Shown in pieces: positions 1 through 12,963 of a stretch of 64,000 nt of DNA. The stretch lies in assembly GCA_004764695.1 (NCBI GenBank), contig SMSO01000005.1:186001-250000 (forward strand), written 5' to 3'. A model generated the notes under the pieces. The model was not told where the DNA came from and made no database searches. It worked only from the letters and a program-made list of their open reading frames with translations. The stretch's first letter is position 1, and every line of letters begins with the position of its first letter. Both the position numbers and the translations under genes were made by a program. The DNA comes from Schizochytrium sp. TIO01 (taxonomy: Eukaryota > Protista > Bigyra: Labyrinthulomycetes).

Positions 1-549
1 TCTGACTGCATGTATAAACAAATTCAGCTATATCCCAAACTTTTGCTTATAACAAATTCCTTGTGGATAGTGTGTGGTGTCAGTGAACAGGCTATGTTTT
101 AGAGAATACTTGTTATTTCTGAAAAGACTTTCAAGATCTAAGGAATACTCAATATACAAAGTTCGACAGGATAACCTGGCAATTCGAATCATGGCGTCTT
201 GCATTTGACAAGGTTAAAGAGCTCAACGCAGTGAGAAGGCACTTTTATTTTTTTTAAAAACAAGAAACCCTACTTGAATATCCAGGTATTCGTCTGATTT
301 CCATAAAGGTGAATATGCTTTGATACTACTCTTGATTCGTTCTGAATGCGCTCATCATACTTGAGTTGATCTTGATTTTCAAGTTTCCGAAACTTCGCCA
401 GTGTGATAGACTCACGAATTCGATGTGACAATGAGGTCCCAGCTGCACTCGTCTGTTTTTGTATCATGAGATAATGCAAGATCTTGCTGCAATGTTATCG
501 CAATTTCTGGAGAGTCCGAACGATGTTATTAAGTCCATAATTGAACTTG

Positions 550-2751
550 TTATTTCGCATGTGTGATATCCTCTAATTGGGAAGTAGGAAGCTTGGCTCG
601 CTTCGAAGAGCCAGAAGAGTTAGAAGAGTGAAACAGAGTTCTCTTACATTGTCCTGTAGAATTACAAGCCTTTTCTTCTAAAATGGAATGAGAGACTTTA
701 GAATGTCCTCTGGTTGTTTGTAAATCATTTAATTCTATAAGAAGCGCTCGGCAAAGTTCCATACAACATGTCTGACAAACCTCCCTTTTAGAAGCACCCT
801 CAATTCCTGATGATGATTTATCCGACACTATTCCCAAACGAATCACTCGAGATACGTCATTATTTCTCATATTTTTTCCAGTTTCAGGAGGTGAAATAAT
901 TGATTTCCGTGTGCCACCTGTACTGTTAGGAGTGGTTTCTGAGAACGTCCTGCGTTGCAAAGAGCCAGAAGAATCTGCATTATCCCTCTCTATTTCCTGT
1001 CGAATGGATATGTTAAGCAAAAAGCTATTATGTACCTCTGTACAAATTTCTTTGTCGTCATTTTCACTTTGCCTTTGATCACAGACTTTGCATATCTTTG
1101 TTTGATCAAAACTATGCGATAGAGATCCAGTCTCAGCTTCAAATTTAACAATGCTCCTTTGTTGGTTCTTTCTTGCAGGCCCAATAGAAAGTGGACGACT
1201 TACAACACAATCAGTTGGCTTTGCTGCGCTCGGAATATTTAGGATTTGTTCTCTCTCAAATTTCAGTTCAGGTTCTCCCGAAGCGTTAATTGTAGACACT
1301 TGAGCGTGAACTATATTCTGAGAAACATGAGGGATCCTACCTATTTCTGACCTTTCCAGGTTGCTCTGAATAATGCCTTTTAAAATGGTATGCCTCTCTC
1401 CCCCTTGTAAGTGAATAGTAGTCGGCATAGCATCCAGTTTTGTCGAAGGAGTTATTGAATCAACTTCGTCATCTGTATCAATTTGGGTATCTAGGTATGT
1501 GCTTGTTGTGAAATCTTCTATCTCAGAACTGCGTTTGCATGAAGATGTTGAATAATCGGCTTCGTCATCTGTATCAATCTGGGTATCTTGCTGGGTGCTT
1601 GCTTTAGGGTCTTCTCTCTCAGAACTGCGTTTGCAAGAAGATGTTGAATAATCGGCTTCGTCATCTGTATCAATCTGGGTATCTTGCTGGGTGCTTGCTT
1701 TAGGGTCTTCTCTCTCAGAACTGCGTTTGCAAGAAGATGTTGTTGAATAATCGGCTTCGTCATCTGTATCAATCTGGGTATCTTGCCGGGTGCTTGTTTT
1801 GAGATCTTCTATCTCAGAAGAGTGTTTGCAAGAAGATCTTGTTGAATCGGCTTCGTCATCTGTATCAATTTGGGTATTCTGAACTGTAAATTCGTTCTCA
1901 TGAGGTTGATTAGGTTTGATACCTGTTTCTCTTTTGTATGCGCTACTATCGCTACTTTGTGAAGCCTTTTTGTCCTGAAGGCTCGTAGTACACTCACCGG
2001 CTTCATCTAGATCTTGAGTTGGGTGATTGGCTACGTAGGAACTGTCATCGCTGCCTTCTGATGCATTTCTGCCCCTTAGAGCTTTAGCACAGCCGCTGAT
2101 ATTTTGAGGGGAGTGATTGGCTACGTAGGAGCTACTATCACTACTTTGTGAAGCCTTTTTGTCCTGAAGGCTCGTAGTACACTCACCGGCTTCATCTAGA
2201 TCTTGAGTTGGGTGATTGGCTACGTAGGAACTGTCATCGCTGCCTTCTGATGCATTTCTGTCCCTTAGAGCTTTAGCGCAGCCGCTGATATTTTGAGGGG
2301 AGTGATTGGCTATGTCGGAGCTACTATTACTACTTTGTGAAGCCCTTTTGTCCTGAGGGTTCGTAGTACAGTCGTCGGCTTCATCTAGATCTTGAGTCGG
2401 GCGATTAGCTACGTGGGAGCTTTTATCATTTTGTGAAGCTAAAAAGTGATCATGCTTTTTGTTTCGTAAATGATGGTCGTCAGTGTGGCTGACAAATTCT
2501 CTCGCAATCACTTTTCCCTGCGGTATGCGCGAGGGTCCAATGCCAATTTTCTCTTCTGACGCATTCAGGACCATACCTGATCCTACTTGATCCCCTCCGG
2601 GCCGACCCATTAGATCGACAGAATCTTCGTCACTATCATCTTCATTCCTATCTGAACCTCCGGAGTGGGTTGAACGTATATCTTTGTGATGGTCACTTTC
2701 ATCATCACTTTGGTCAACCCGCGCTTCTAGCAGATCGAGAAGCGTTGACAT
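550..2751 (-). CDS. Low-complexity Ser/Asp/Thr-rich repeat protein, probably intrinsically disordered; function unknown
   Basis: 733-aa ATG-started ORF. Its internal repeat units (189 bp and 96-99 bp) are multiples of 3 and preserve the frame. No catalytic motif recognised. Confidence 0.6.
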   Translation of the reverse strand: MSTLLDLLEARVDQSDDESDHHKDIRSTHSGGSDRNEDDSDEDSVDLMGRPGGDQVGSGMVLNASEEKIGIGPSRIPQGKVIAREFVSHTDDHHLRNKKHDHFLASQNDKSSHVANRPTQDLDEADDCTTNPQDKRASQSSNSSSDIANHSPQNISGCAKALRDRNASEGSDDSSYVANHPTQDLDEAGECTTSLQDKKASQSSDSSSYVANHSPQNISGCAKALRGRNASEGSDDSSYVANHPTQDLDEAGECTTSLQDKKASQSSDSSAYKRETGIKPNQPHENEFTVQNTQIDTDDEADSTRSSCKHSSEIEDLKTSTRQDTQIDTDDEADYSTTSSCKRSSEREDPKASTQQDTQIDTDDEADYSTSSCKRSSEREDPKASTQQDTQIDTDDEADYSTSSCKRSSEIEDFTTSTYLDTQIDTDDEVDSITPSTKLDAMPTTIHLQGGERHTILKGIIQSNLERSEIGRIPHVSQNIVHAQVSTINASGEPELKFEREQILNIPSAAKPTDCVVSRPLSIGPARKNQQRSIVKFEAETGSLSHSFDQTKICKVCDQRQSENDDKEICTEVHNSFLLNISIRQEIERDNADSSGSLQRRTFSETTPNSTGGTRKSIISPPETGKNMRNNDVSRVIRLGIVSDKSSSGIEGASKREVCQTCCMELCRALLIELNDLQTTRGHSKVSHSILEEKACNSTGQCKRTLFHSSNSSGSSKRAKLPTSQLEDITHAK
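1440..1885 (-). repeat. Coding tandem repeat, ~96-bp (32-aa) unit, ~4.5 copies (DTQIDTDDEADYSTSSCKRSSEREDPKASTQQ)
   Basis: tctcagaa recurs at 1521, 1617, 1713 and 1812; TQIDTDDE occurs 5 times in the translation. Confidence 0.9.
1940..2430 (-). repeat. Coding tandem repeat, 189-bp (63-aa) unit, ~2.5 copies
   Basis: gctacta..ctactttgtgaagcc recurs at about 1942, 2131 and 2320. Confidence 0.9.
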
Positions 2752-5700
2752 GGCTATTCCCCCTAATCAAGAACAGTTCGAGGTTCCTCACCTCTGAGGC
2801 TCACTGCTATTCACAATCCAGCGCGCTCTGTAGTCGTCTACGCAAGTTCTTCTCCCTTCAACCCGAGAGTAAGCAAGCGAATGATCGAGATGAGTGCTGT
2901 TGTTCTCAAACAACTTTCGCACAAGACACCTCAAAAGGCTCGCAGGGTTGTCGTCAAGGATTGCCGACAGCAAGGCGCAGTGTCTAAGGAGTCGGGTTCC
3001 CGCTCGATCTCTGCGTAGTGAATCGAAGAGTATGCTCGCCACCAAATGAACCTTCTTCACCTTGGCAGCTTTCCTACTCTACCTGCTAGCATTTTACTTA
3101 CTGAATTTATTACCAGTCTCCTGTACGTGAAAATCCAATTCCGCTCCCAGGATTCATGACTTTCTACTATACCCCTCAATGCAGTAAAAATTTGACTAAA
3201 GTAATACTAAATTGGTATCAATAGGGTGTGTTATGGGGTTATACGTGCCTAATGCACGAGGTAGGCCTAAGCATGGTTATCGTGCGTAGCTGTTACAAAG
3301 AACCTTCAACGAAGCGTTACACTTATCCGTTTCATTGAGCTGCCTGCTTGCTTCCTGTAACGATGGGCGTTGAGGTCACAACTTCGATCATAACTGAAAT
3401 TATTACAGAACCTGCTAGTAGACATGAGTTGAGCAGTTAAAAAGGAAACTAGGATACCAGCCAGGGCTAAAACACAAACATGAATGGAGTTCTAGATACA
3501 TCGAGAGAGTGTGAGGAAAAGTTTAATACAAGTAGCTATTTCTAATATATATAAAGAAAAGAAAGATAAACAGTGGAAGACAGTGGTAAATGAAAAATGC
3601 ATTGGATCATAGGTGGTACTTCCTTTGTAATTGATTTGATCTCTCTTAGTGTCGGCCTGCTCTCCCTTCATTCTTCTGGATAGGGAGTCCAGATATACCT
3701 AAGCATGGCATAGCCAAGGACAAGAGAATTTCCCTCAACAAGCATTCAAGTTACAGAGCTGACCGCACCAACCCCCAAACTGTTTAAAAGTTGGCTGTGG
3801 TTTATTCATTTATTTAGGTAAAGTATATGTACATCAAGCAAAGCGGAATAACTTCCCTTGCAATGTTGAAAGCTCATGGTACAGTGTCAATAATAACATC
3901 TTTACCGCTTACAATGTTCTAACAGTCTATGATAAAATAGTCCTATTTTAACTCTTTCAAATAAGGCTGAGTGCGTCAAGTAGCGAAGCAATTTACTTCG
4001 TCTCTTCCGACTGTGGGTGAAATTAGATTTACACATTGTAGTAGTGCCCTCAACTATCCCTTTAAAAAATGGCCTTTTGGCATGGGTACTCTCATGTTTG
4101 TAAAAATTAATGGTCACTGCAACATTCCAAACAAATACAGCAACAAGAAACTAGCAGGGACTTCAGGGATAGTGGACGAGCACCAAAATATCTTGCTGGA
4201 ATCTTCCTATTGCAGGCGCAGTTCTTCTTGTATGTAGGCTGGTCATTCTCATTCATGCTGGTGTAGCAAAAGAACGAGAAAAGATTCTTTGAAAATGAAA
4301 TACAATTTGAATATAGATGCCTCTTATTTCGGGATGAGTATGTAAAGAAACTATGTATATGAGATGCAATCATGTTCTAATGCAACTTTTATCAGGGGAA
4401 TTGACGCCCAATAATACCAATTGATTGGGGCACTTTCGAGCTAAGACATCATAGTCAAGGCCTTGGCGCATTCCGTCAATCCACTTTTCAGTTTTCTTGT
4501 ACTAAATAGTTTCATATTAAGATTTTTTTATCAGCAAGACCGTTGCATTAACAGAAGCTCCCGTGCGTTTTGCTAGATATACAGTTAATTACGTGCTGGG
4601 AAGCAAGAAAGCAAAAAAGGGTCGAAGTTAACTAAAGCTTCGTATTGCCAAAACGATTGCACATCATCAACTTTCGTCAGATTAACAGCTGTCACGCAAG
4701 CGAAACTTATCAAAAGATTGCAATATATGTCAAGTTTTTCTACAATCTTGCTTTCTACTGCTTAAATACCAATCGAAGGTACGGGCTGACATAATATTAC
4801 TGGAGCGCCCGGCATGACGGCGAAATAACTCAGCCAGGTGCGTGGTTTCAACCCCAAGGCATCTATTTAAGGCTCTCAATAATATGTAAGAACCGAAAGT
4901 GTACACTGACATACAATAGAGAAACTGTGGAGAAATCGAAGTTGATGCTTGGAGTGACGAGTCGGCCTAGCCTTTTCTTTTCGATTTTTGGTGAAAGAGA
5001 TTAATTCTAGCTTAGTCTTTTGAATACAACATGAATCAGTCTACTTGTAATAGGACAGATTGATTGTTGACTTTGGTAGCCAGAATTATTAAGTCCTCTT
5101 CAAGTCATCTTTAAGCCTCCGGCCTCTATCTTTATGGTCAACTAGAGGTTGACCAGATTCATCTCCCGACGTATGCCTCGATCTCGAACTAGGTCATAAT
5201 CCACTGATCCTTTGCAAAGCCATTGGTTTTAATTCAATCTTCACATCGATTGTACCCTTCTGATAAAACTTGGAATTTCAAGGCTCAATAACTCCCAGAA
5301 AGAAAAGAGAAGGAATATCATACATCCCTCCCTCTAGCTAGACTTTGTTGGAAAAGAATTACCCATGATCGTCAACATCGCGAGAACATATATATTTTTG
5401 TTTGTTTGAACGAAAATAAAATAAAATATCAATCGAAAAGATATTATAATTAAATTTAAAAAAAAAAAAATAGTAGAATTAGGTATCTACGTACTATTTC
5501 ATTTTAAAATTTTGAAACTTAATTTTAATTTTAATATTTAAAGATTAGAATTAAAAGTTTTATGTTTAATTATGATGTTTAAACATAAAATGTAACTTTC
5601 CCCAACCTATGAGTTGATATATAGTAGAAACGGCGTCCGGCCTGCTTCTGGCCACCAGGCGGACCTCGCAGATACTGTGCCTCGGCGGTCGAGGCCGTAG

Positions 5701-8700
5701 GCCGTGAAGTGGCATTCGAGCCGCAACAGTGGCTGTGCATGCATAACAGAGGCCTCTCGAGATTCTCTTTCTCTCTGCGGTCTACGGAGTGATCAGCTTC
5801 GCTGACGCCAAGACCTCTCGTGATGAGGAAGCTCAGCATTGTTTGGCAAGAATTCCGAACAGGTCTTTCATCGCTTCAAAAAATCATCTCCATTGTGACC
5901 AAAAAGGAACACCGCCATCATGATCGAAGCTGAAGGCCAGTTCGATATGATAGAAATTGAGACGAGCACGAGCCACGATTGTATTTTTCATGAAAAAACT
6001 TGAAGAAGAAAAGAAACGTTGCACAGACTAGGTGGTAGGTGCTGCGAAGCAGCGAATGTTATCATGGGTGATTGATGGGGTCGTGAAAAGAGAGTAGGTG
6101 CTGCCACTACAGCGTTGCGCGACCTCCATTTCCCAGTCTCAATAATTACTGGTCCATCGTGATGTCCCACCTATGATTGTAAGCTGCTACAACTTAGGAA
6201 TCAAGATGGAGAGCAAACAGGAAAGGACTAGGAGTTGGCCCCATTTGCCCGCCTGGGAGTATAGAAGGAGCACGGTGATTATGTAAAGGAAGTGGACAAT
6301 CTCGCGCACCTCACATGCATGCTCTTACTTGAGAAACACACTTGAGAAACACGTATTTATTTTATGCTTGGCGAACGAGGAATCCTATGTTTGCAATATC
6401 ATGAAATAAAGAATTGAAGAATCTGCTGATGGAGGAATAGAATAATAAATGTATTGAAATAAAGGACATCGAGGCCGACACTGGTGCACGGTACGCTCCA
6501 AGTTCGGGTAAAAAAAAGAGAGGCTGTATTTACTTTCAACGTACTGAAATCTCTTGACAACTGTACAAATCCATGAAACATTTGGGGCGAATGTTGTCCC
6601 ATGAGCTGTTGTTGTAGGTACCCGTAAAACTTTAAGCCAAACATAAGGCTAGGAGCTCTAGTTCACTAATTTGCCTTTCTACGAAGGACCAATATGGAAG
6701 TAGGCCTTCCATCCTCCAAGTGAGAGTTATGCCAGAGAGCATCTGTGAGTCCCTACAAGAAAGCTATATTGTTCCCCCCTCCAATCTCTGTTTGTACAAA
6801 TTCTATTTACATGGGCTTATTTATGCTGTTGTTTATAGTTCTTTCCAGGCTTATCAACTTTTTCTGTTTTTCCTGGAAATGCCTCTTGTTATCTGCCGAC
6901 CCTGGTGTGCTTCACCAATCAACCACGCGTTTCCCAAACGTTTGTTGACTTGGCATATATATATATATAATGCCAAGAAGGATATATTTCCCTCAATCGT
7001 TTTCTTTACTGTATCCTTTTGATTCACCTTGCCTCAACTAAGTTTTGCAAAGAAAGTGAAGACTATGCCATCTATTCAGCTACCTACCTCTAATCGAGGG
7101 AGTGCACGACAAGTTTGCCGTGGCTTTGATCATCCTAACAAGTCTGGCCTTTCATCTTACGACCTACTGCGCTAGCTATCACCATCATGCTTAATGTCAG
7201 GGTACACTCAAATCGTGTCAGCTCGATGAAAGACAGCCATCCATCCATCTCAATCTGTGGTGGCAGGAAGTAGTAGCGTAGCGCGTGGATTCGATGAGTT
7301 TCATGCATCAGACCTCAAGTTCCAAAAATTAATCCACTGACCATCAACATAGATTCATGGCTGAAGAATTACAATCATCGCTGCTCAAAAGATGATGATC
7401 ATGCCAACGACTTCGAACGATCCAATTCGACGCTGTCATTCCCCAGATAATTAGGGAGTGATCTGCCTGCCTCTCCTTTTGCACACGAACAGACAGACAT
7501 CTCCAAAGGTGGAATTCATTTTCTAGTTGTAATAGTATTATTGCAGTAGGTATGTATGCAGCGCTTTCTTCTGCTTCAATCGCTGATCTCGCCGCTAACT
7601 CGCACCAGGCTTGCGTGTGCAATTGTCTACGCGTCTTCTTCTCAGAGCTCGTTCCTCAGACCTTTGCAACTTCATAAATCACGATGATGGAATTGTTTTT
7701 TCCTTACCTCGCAGAAGCCGCATCAATTTGCTCCGCTTCTGGTAGAAGTCGAGGAAGTAGGTATTCAAACCTTTGCTAGCACCCGCTACCGCCAACCTTA
7801 GTAGTTTACTCGTGAGAGTGTGTGTGTTTTCCCTTTTCCCCATCCCCAGAACCCCAAGACGCTCCTTCCTACCTACCGTTAGCAGACTACTACGCTCATC
7901 GCTGTTTTTTCCCATTCCAAACCCGAGCCAGCAGCCCATCACACTCCCCAGATAACTCGCTCTTCCCCACGCGTTTTGCTCCAATAATTTGAGCAAACAG
8001 GCAAGCAAGAGCAGCGCAAGGAAGAGTAGAGCGGGCGCTATCGGAGCGAGGCCCAACCCAGAGCTTCGAAGAGAAGATCCTAGCAGCTGGATGAGTAGGT
8101 TTTGAGATTGGGTTTTCCCCACCCCACTTGGCCGCCGATATTGCCGGGACGTGCTGCGACCATCAGAAAGACAGACAGACGCACGTATCGCCCCCGCACT
8201 GCCTACCACACAGAGACCGCCGGCTCAGAGGGGGGTTCGCAAAGCAGGGCTGCTACGAGGTGCTTCCCTCCTCTCGCCTCGGCACTGCTGGGCCTGATCG
8301 CTGCTGCTCTGCGAGGTTTACCCCTTTTTCCTTCGGGTTCGCCAGCTAGAGGCCATTAGTGAACTTCTAAGGCGCGGTCCGGGGTCGCGCGTAACCTCGC
8401 CTGTCTTTCGCGTTTCTTTCAAAGTTGTCTCTCCTGGCACGCACGCGGTCTTTCTTGGGCTCCTTCGTGCTTGGAAACTCGATGCTTTCCACTCTTCGGC
8501 CTCCAAGTTCGCTTTTTCTCCTCCAATCACCATCAGCCCTGCTCGCACTGCAGTGTTCGACTGGCGGCGGCTTCCTCCTTGGTCCCCTCAAGCTCACTTA
8601 CTTTTGGCCTCCAGATTTCCAAAGCTACCTCTAGAGCTACCTTCTAAAACCTACACCATACGTGGCGCACTTAGGCTTTTCCTCTGCAACTCCATACGCT

Positions 8701-11080
8701 GCGCTATTTCTCGCTACGGTGGGCCTTTCAGAGCTTCTTCTATCAGCTGCTGAAGCTTCTCTATAGACAACTTCAGCTTGCAACCTAAAGCTTTCGAGTT
8801 TGAAGAGCTTATTATTCCTTTCTATCTTGTGAACTCGTCAGTGAGGATTTCCACACCGACTCGCACTGAGGGCCACTCCTACAGATAGTCCTAAGAGTAC
8901 GGCTACCCTTTGGCCAACTTGAATGTAAGAGTAGGAAGAAGAGCCGCCCAAACATGAGATGGAACTACTACTAACTACTAAGCAGTAATTGAACATGTAG
9001 GGGGCTAGCTACTGGAATGGGTAGGACACCGTATGAGTAAAAGAGTAGGTCTTCAGGCAGCCGAAGGCGCGGAAATGCAGTCATGGCTCATGATCATGAT
9101 CGTTCCAATGCTGACGGGTTTGTGCCAATAACACGAGGCACCAAGTACCAGATCGGGCTCCCTGATGTGCACTTATGCTAGGTCTGTTCGCCTCAGAGCC
9201 TCCGCTGCTATCGGTCCTCCTGCGGCAGCTTTGGCGAGCTGGAGCGGGGAAAAACCGGCAATCAAGCTGCCGTGCTACTGCTTCTGCATAGCTCTACTTC
9301 TACCTGGGTAGGTAGGTATCCTTAGTGCCACCTACTTAGGAACGAGCCGGGGAAAAGAAAAAAGAACAGCAGAACTGGAACAGACGATGGAGAAAGAACT
9401 CCACGGAGAGATGTGGAGAGGGTGAGAAGGCAAGAAAGCAGGCGCGGCTTGCGAGCACAGCTTGCTTGTTTTGCTCGGAGGCGCCGAGAATGGGTCGAGG
9501 CCGGTGCATCTTTTCCGCTAATGCTCGAACGCCCCGCGGTTGATCACTCTGGCACAGGAATCCTGAGTTCCCGCGAGGGCTTCATGCGCCATATTGTTCA
9601 CCTAAGAGTCGTGACTCCGGGACGAGAGAGAGAGAGAGGGAGGAAAAAACGAAAACCCCAGAAAATAAAAGAAACAATAGGGAGCTCCTTTTTTCTTTTC
9701 CTCCTTTCTCCTGCTTCTTCGAATAAGTTATAATCACTATTTTTAGGTTTAACATTTTTTCTTCTGTTTTATTTCTATTGCTAATAATGGTGTATGACAT
9801 TAATAATGTGTCATCATCGTTACTTACAAAATCAGAAAGCAAATATTCCTTTCAGCATTTTTAATTGAAAGAAGAACTTGAAAGCATTGTGAAAACTGAG
9901 AAACGTGTAGGCAGTGATTAAAGAAGACAATAACAATAGGGTTACTCTCATTGCTGACCGACTAGAACTGTGGCTACCCACTACCTCAAGAAACCCTAGC
10001 GAGCTGATCAAGCTGATCTTGAAACAGTGAGAAAAACCGGAGGAAACCAACCACCTGAAACCATCGCACAAAAAACCAGTAACTGCAGCCCAAGGGGAAG
10101 ACCTGCTTGCACGGCTTTCGCTCCCATGCCGCTCAACCAGCCTAACCAAACTCCACCACTTGGAGTTACTTTCTTCACATCTAGCAACCGAGACACCCTC
10201 TTTCCTCTGCCTCTTCATCCATCCCTCAAAGTCTACTTCTATCGTCCAACTTCCCTCAAATTCCTACGAGTGTAGTAGCTGCCTAGCTCTCGGAGCGCCG
10301 AGGCACACACCTTGGGAATACGGGGAACTGGGACCACAAGGTGTAACGAAAGAAAGCAGAGCCGTCGGTTTTAGGCCTCGAGGAATGGAGAAGAGAGGAG
10401 CGAATCGAGGAGCGCGAGGCATGGTTGAGAGGAGGGGCCTGAGTGGAGGCGCTTGCGAGTGATCGGGAGGCGGCTGGGAAGAGGTCCGGCGCGGTGTTTC
10501 TGCTTGCGTGGTTTGGGTCTTGCTCTGCGAGCGGGCGAGCGAGCGAGCGAGCGAAAGAACGAAGGGGGGAAAGAACGAAGGGAAAAGAACGAAAGAACGA
10601 AAGAACGAAAGAAAGTTCGTTTCTCCGAATGTTTAGCGATTCGCTTTCTTTGTTTTTCTTCCCCTCTCGTCTTTTAAAAGTTTCTTTGCCTTTTCCGCGC
10701 TGGGCCACGTGAGATTGTGAATGCTCCAAAAAGGCCGTTTTCCTGCTCTCTCCCCGCCGGAGCCCTCCGCGCACACTGCGACACGAAGCGGCCAGTGGCA
10801 CGGAGAGGGCGGCAGAGCGCCCCCGTGGGTGCGCCAGTGAGAGCGGGCAGGGCCGCACACTGGACATCCGCCCAGTTTCCCGCTCGCGTAGTCTACTCAA
10901 AGTAATAATCCTCTCTCTCGCACCATAAGAGCAGAAGCCTCCAGACGACCGACGGCCAGCGCTCTGTCCTGCAGCCGAGGATGCTCTCTCGCAGCATCTG
11001 CACCTCTTGGAGGCGCTGGAGAGCGCTCTTGTTCGTGGGGCCTCGAAGTTCTCTTCTTCAGTCGTCTTCGTCTGTTTCAC

Positions 11081-11117
11081 TCATTCATTCATTCATTCAT
11101 TCATTCATTCACTCATT
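11081..11117. repeat. (TCAT)n microsatellite
   Basis: Seen directly. Confidence 0.9.
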
Positions 11118-11312
11118 CACACTCACTCGAAATACTTATTCCCTCCTCTCGTTCGTTCCGCAGTGTGTCGTTTGCCTGCCTCCACGGCTATAGTTTAGGG
11201 TAAACACCCCTAGCGGCGGCGACGAAAGAAACACAAAGCAACCAATTCTTTTTCCTTCATAGATTAGCATTAGGTTTGGATTGAAAAGACAGAGAAAAGA
11301 AAACGAAGACTC

Positions 11313-11313
11313 T

Positions 11314-11352
<39 letters not shown>
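11313..11352. repeat. (GA)n microsatellite
   Basis: Seen directly. Confidence 0.9.
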
Positions 11353-11355
<3 letters not shown>

Positions 11356-11502
11356 AAAATAGAAAAATAGAAAAATAGAAAGAAAGGAAATAGAAAGAAA
11401 AGAGGTTCGTCAAAGTTGAAGACAGAAGGTGATTCAAACCTCGTTTGACGATCGATCGATTGATCGATTGACGATTGACGGCCCGGAGCGCCTGAAGCCG
11501 CG

Positions 11503-12147
11503 ATGGTGGAGCTGTGTGCCGCGGCGCCGCAGTCGCTGTCGATGGGAGCGTTCTCACCCCTGAAGCGGTCGCGGGGACGCTGCGAAACGGCCTTTGTCGT
11601 GCCGCAGGCCTGGATGCCGCAGCATGCGGCCAAGAGACCTCGACCGGACGGCGCCTCCTTCGCCATGCACCACGAGGCGCGCAAACAAGGACTCTTGGAG
11701 GATACGCAAATGGCCATGAATGTTGGATTCCACACAAGCTCTCCAAATGTGGACTTTCGTCAGGAGCGCCCGCAACACCCCTGGGCACACGCTGGAGCTC
11801 ATCGTTTGCAGCATGGCCAGAACGCAAACTCCTTTTTTCAGATTCAAATTCACGACCAAGCTTGTGAACAGCAACAGCAACACAGAAGCGACGAGCTTGC
11901 AAGACACCACATCGCACAGAGGACGCACGCACAGTTTCACGCACAGCGCCTCGCACAGCAGTGTGGTGCGCCTGAAGGCATGCCGGGTGTGAGGCCGAAG
12001 CGTGTCCAAGAACTTCTCAAGTCGCAGCAGAGGACCGCGCCAGAGCCGGAGCGCTTTGTACAGCAGCAGCACCGACGAATGAGCCCCAGCGCAGCCTCTT
12101 CTCCCTCACAGCTCCGCACGCAGACCGCGAGGTGGACCGGCCTCTAG
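11503..12147 (+). CDS. Hypothetical Gln/His-rich protein (214 aa)
   Basis: ATG in gccgcgATGg context; GC-rich ORF between microsatellite-rich, UTR-like sequence. No family recognised. Confidence 0.4.
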   Translation: MVELCAAAPQSLSMGAFSPLKRSRGRCETAFVVPQAWMPQHAAKRPRPDGASFAMHHEARKQGLLEDTQMAMNVGFHTSSPNVDFRQERPQHPWAHAGAHRLQHGQNANSFFQIQIHDQACEQQQQHRSDELARHHIAQRTHAQFHAQRLAQQCGAPEGMPGVRPKRVQELLKSQQRTAPEPERFVQQQHRRMSPSAASSPSQLRTQTARWTGL

Positions 12148-12963
12148 GCCCAAAACTATTCCCGCTCCGCCAAAGCGCTGCGTGTTACCTCTGTACAACA
12201 TAGCCTGCCATACATACATATTATATATACACATAGATAGATAGATTCGCACAATCACAGATAAATGCATTCATAGATCATACATTCTTACATACTTATG
12301 TACACGTCGCGAGCATCGCGCGACGGAGCGGCTGCCAGGCCGCTCGAGTGCAAACTATTCACAAATGATATTTCGATTATTTTCAAGTGACCATAATATA
12401 CATTATTTCTTTTCTTTTCTTTTCTTTCTTGTGTTTCTGTCTTTCTCTTTTCTCTTTTCGTTTCTTTTATTTCCACTTCAGGTGGAGTCAAGGAAGAGAT
12501 AGGAAGAAGCTAAGCACTATTACGTAGGCATTTACCTGCTTATTAATACTATGTAGTAGTCAGTGTGTAATTTTTTACTTCAAGGAGTTGTTGCTTTTAG
12601 GCTCCTTCAAGAAGAAAGCGCAACCTGAAGCAGTAGGTGTATGCAGTGTTGGTGAAGCAAAGGCTCTGAAAGGAACGCAATCTTTCAAAACAATCCTAAC
12701 CACCAACGCATAGAGTGGTGAGTGTAAGTAAGCTCATCCTGATTTTTGCCTGAGAATAAAATACACACCGCAAAAGTTGATGGTGATCAATGACTAACTA
12801 TAACGAACTTACTTATTAGCTACTGGGTAGACTAGGACTCGGGAATTAGAAAAATAATAAAGGAGGGAAGAATAAAACAAGTCTAACCATGGCCAAACCA
12901 CCGTTCACTAACTACCACGGCAAGCTGGCACAAGCGGGGAGGGAAAATCTAACTCGAGCGATA

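Noticed and set aside
2788-3060. Upstream ORF as a 5' exon of the 733-aa gene via a GTGAGG..TTAG intron (2791-2763)
   Set aside because: The intron would be only 29 nt and would not restore the frame; cannot be supported without RNA data.
7344-11200. Numerous overlapping 60-265 aa ORFs in GC-rich patches
   Set aside because: No recognisable motifs; several run through microsatellites; consistent with chance ORFs or UTRs.
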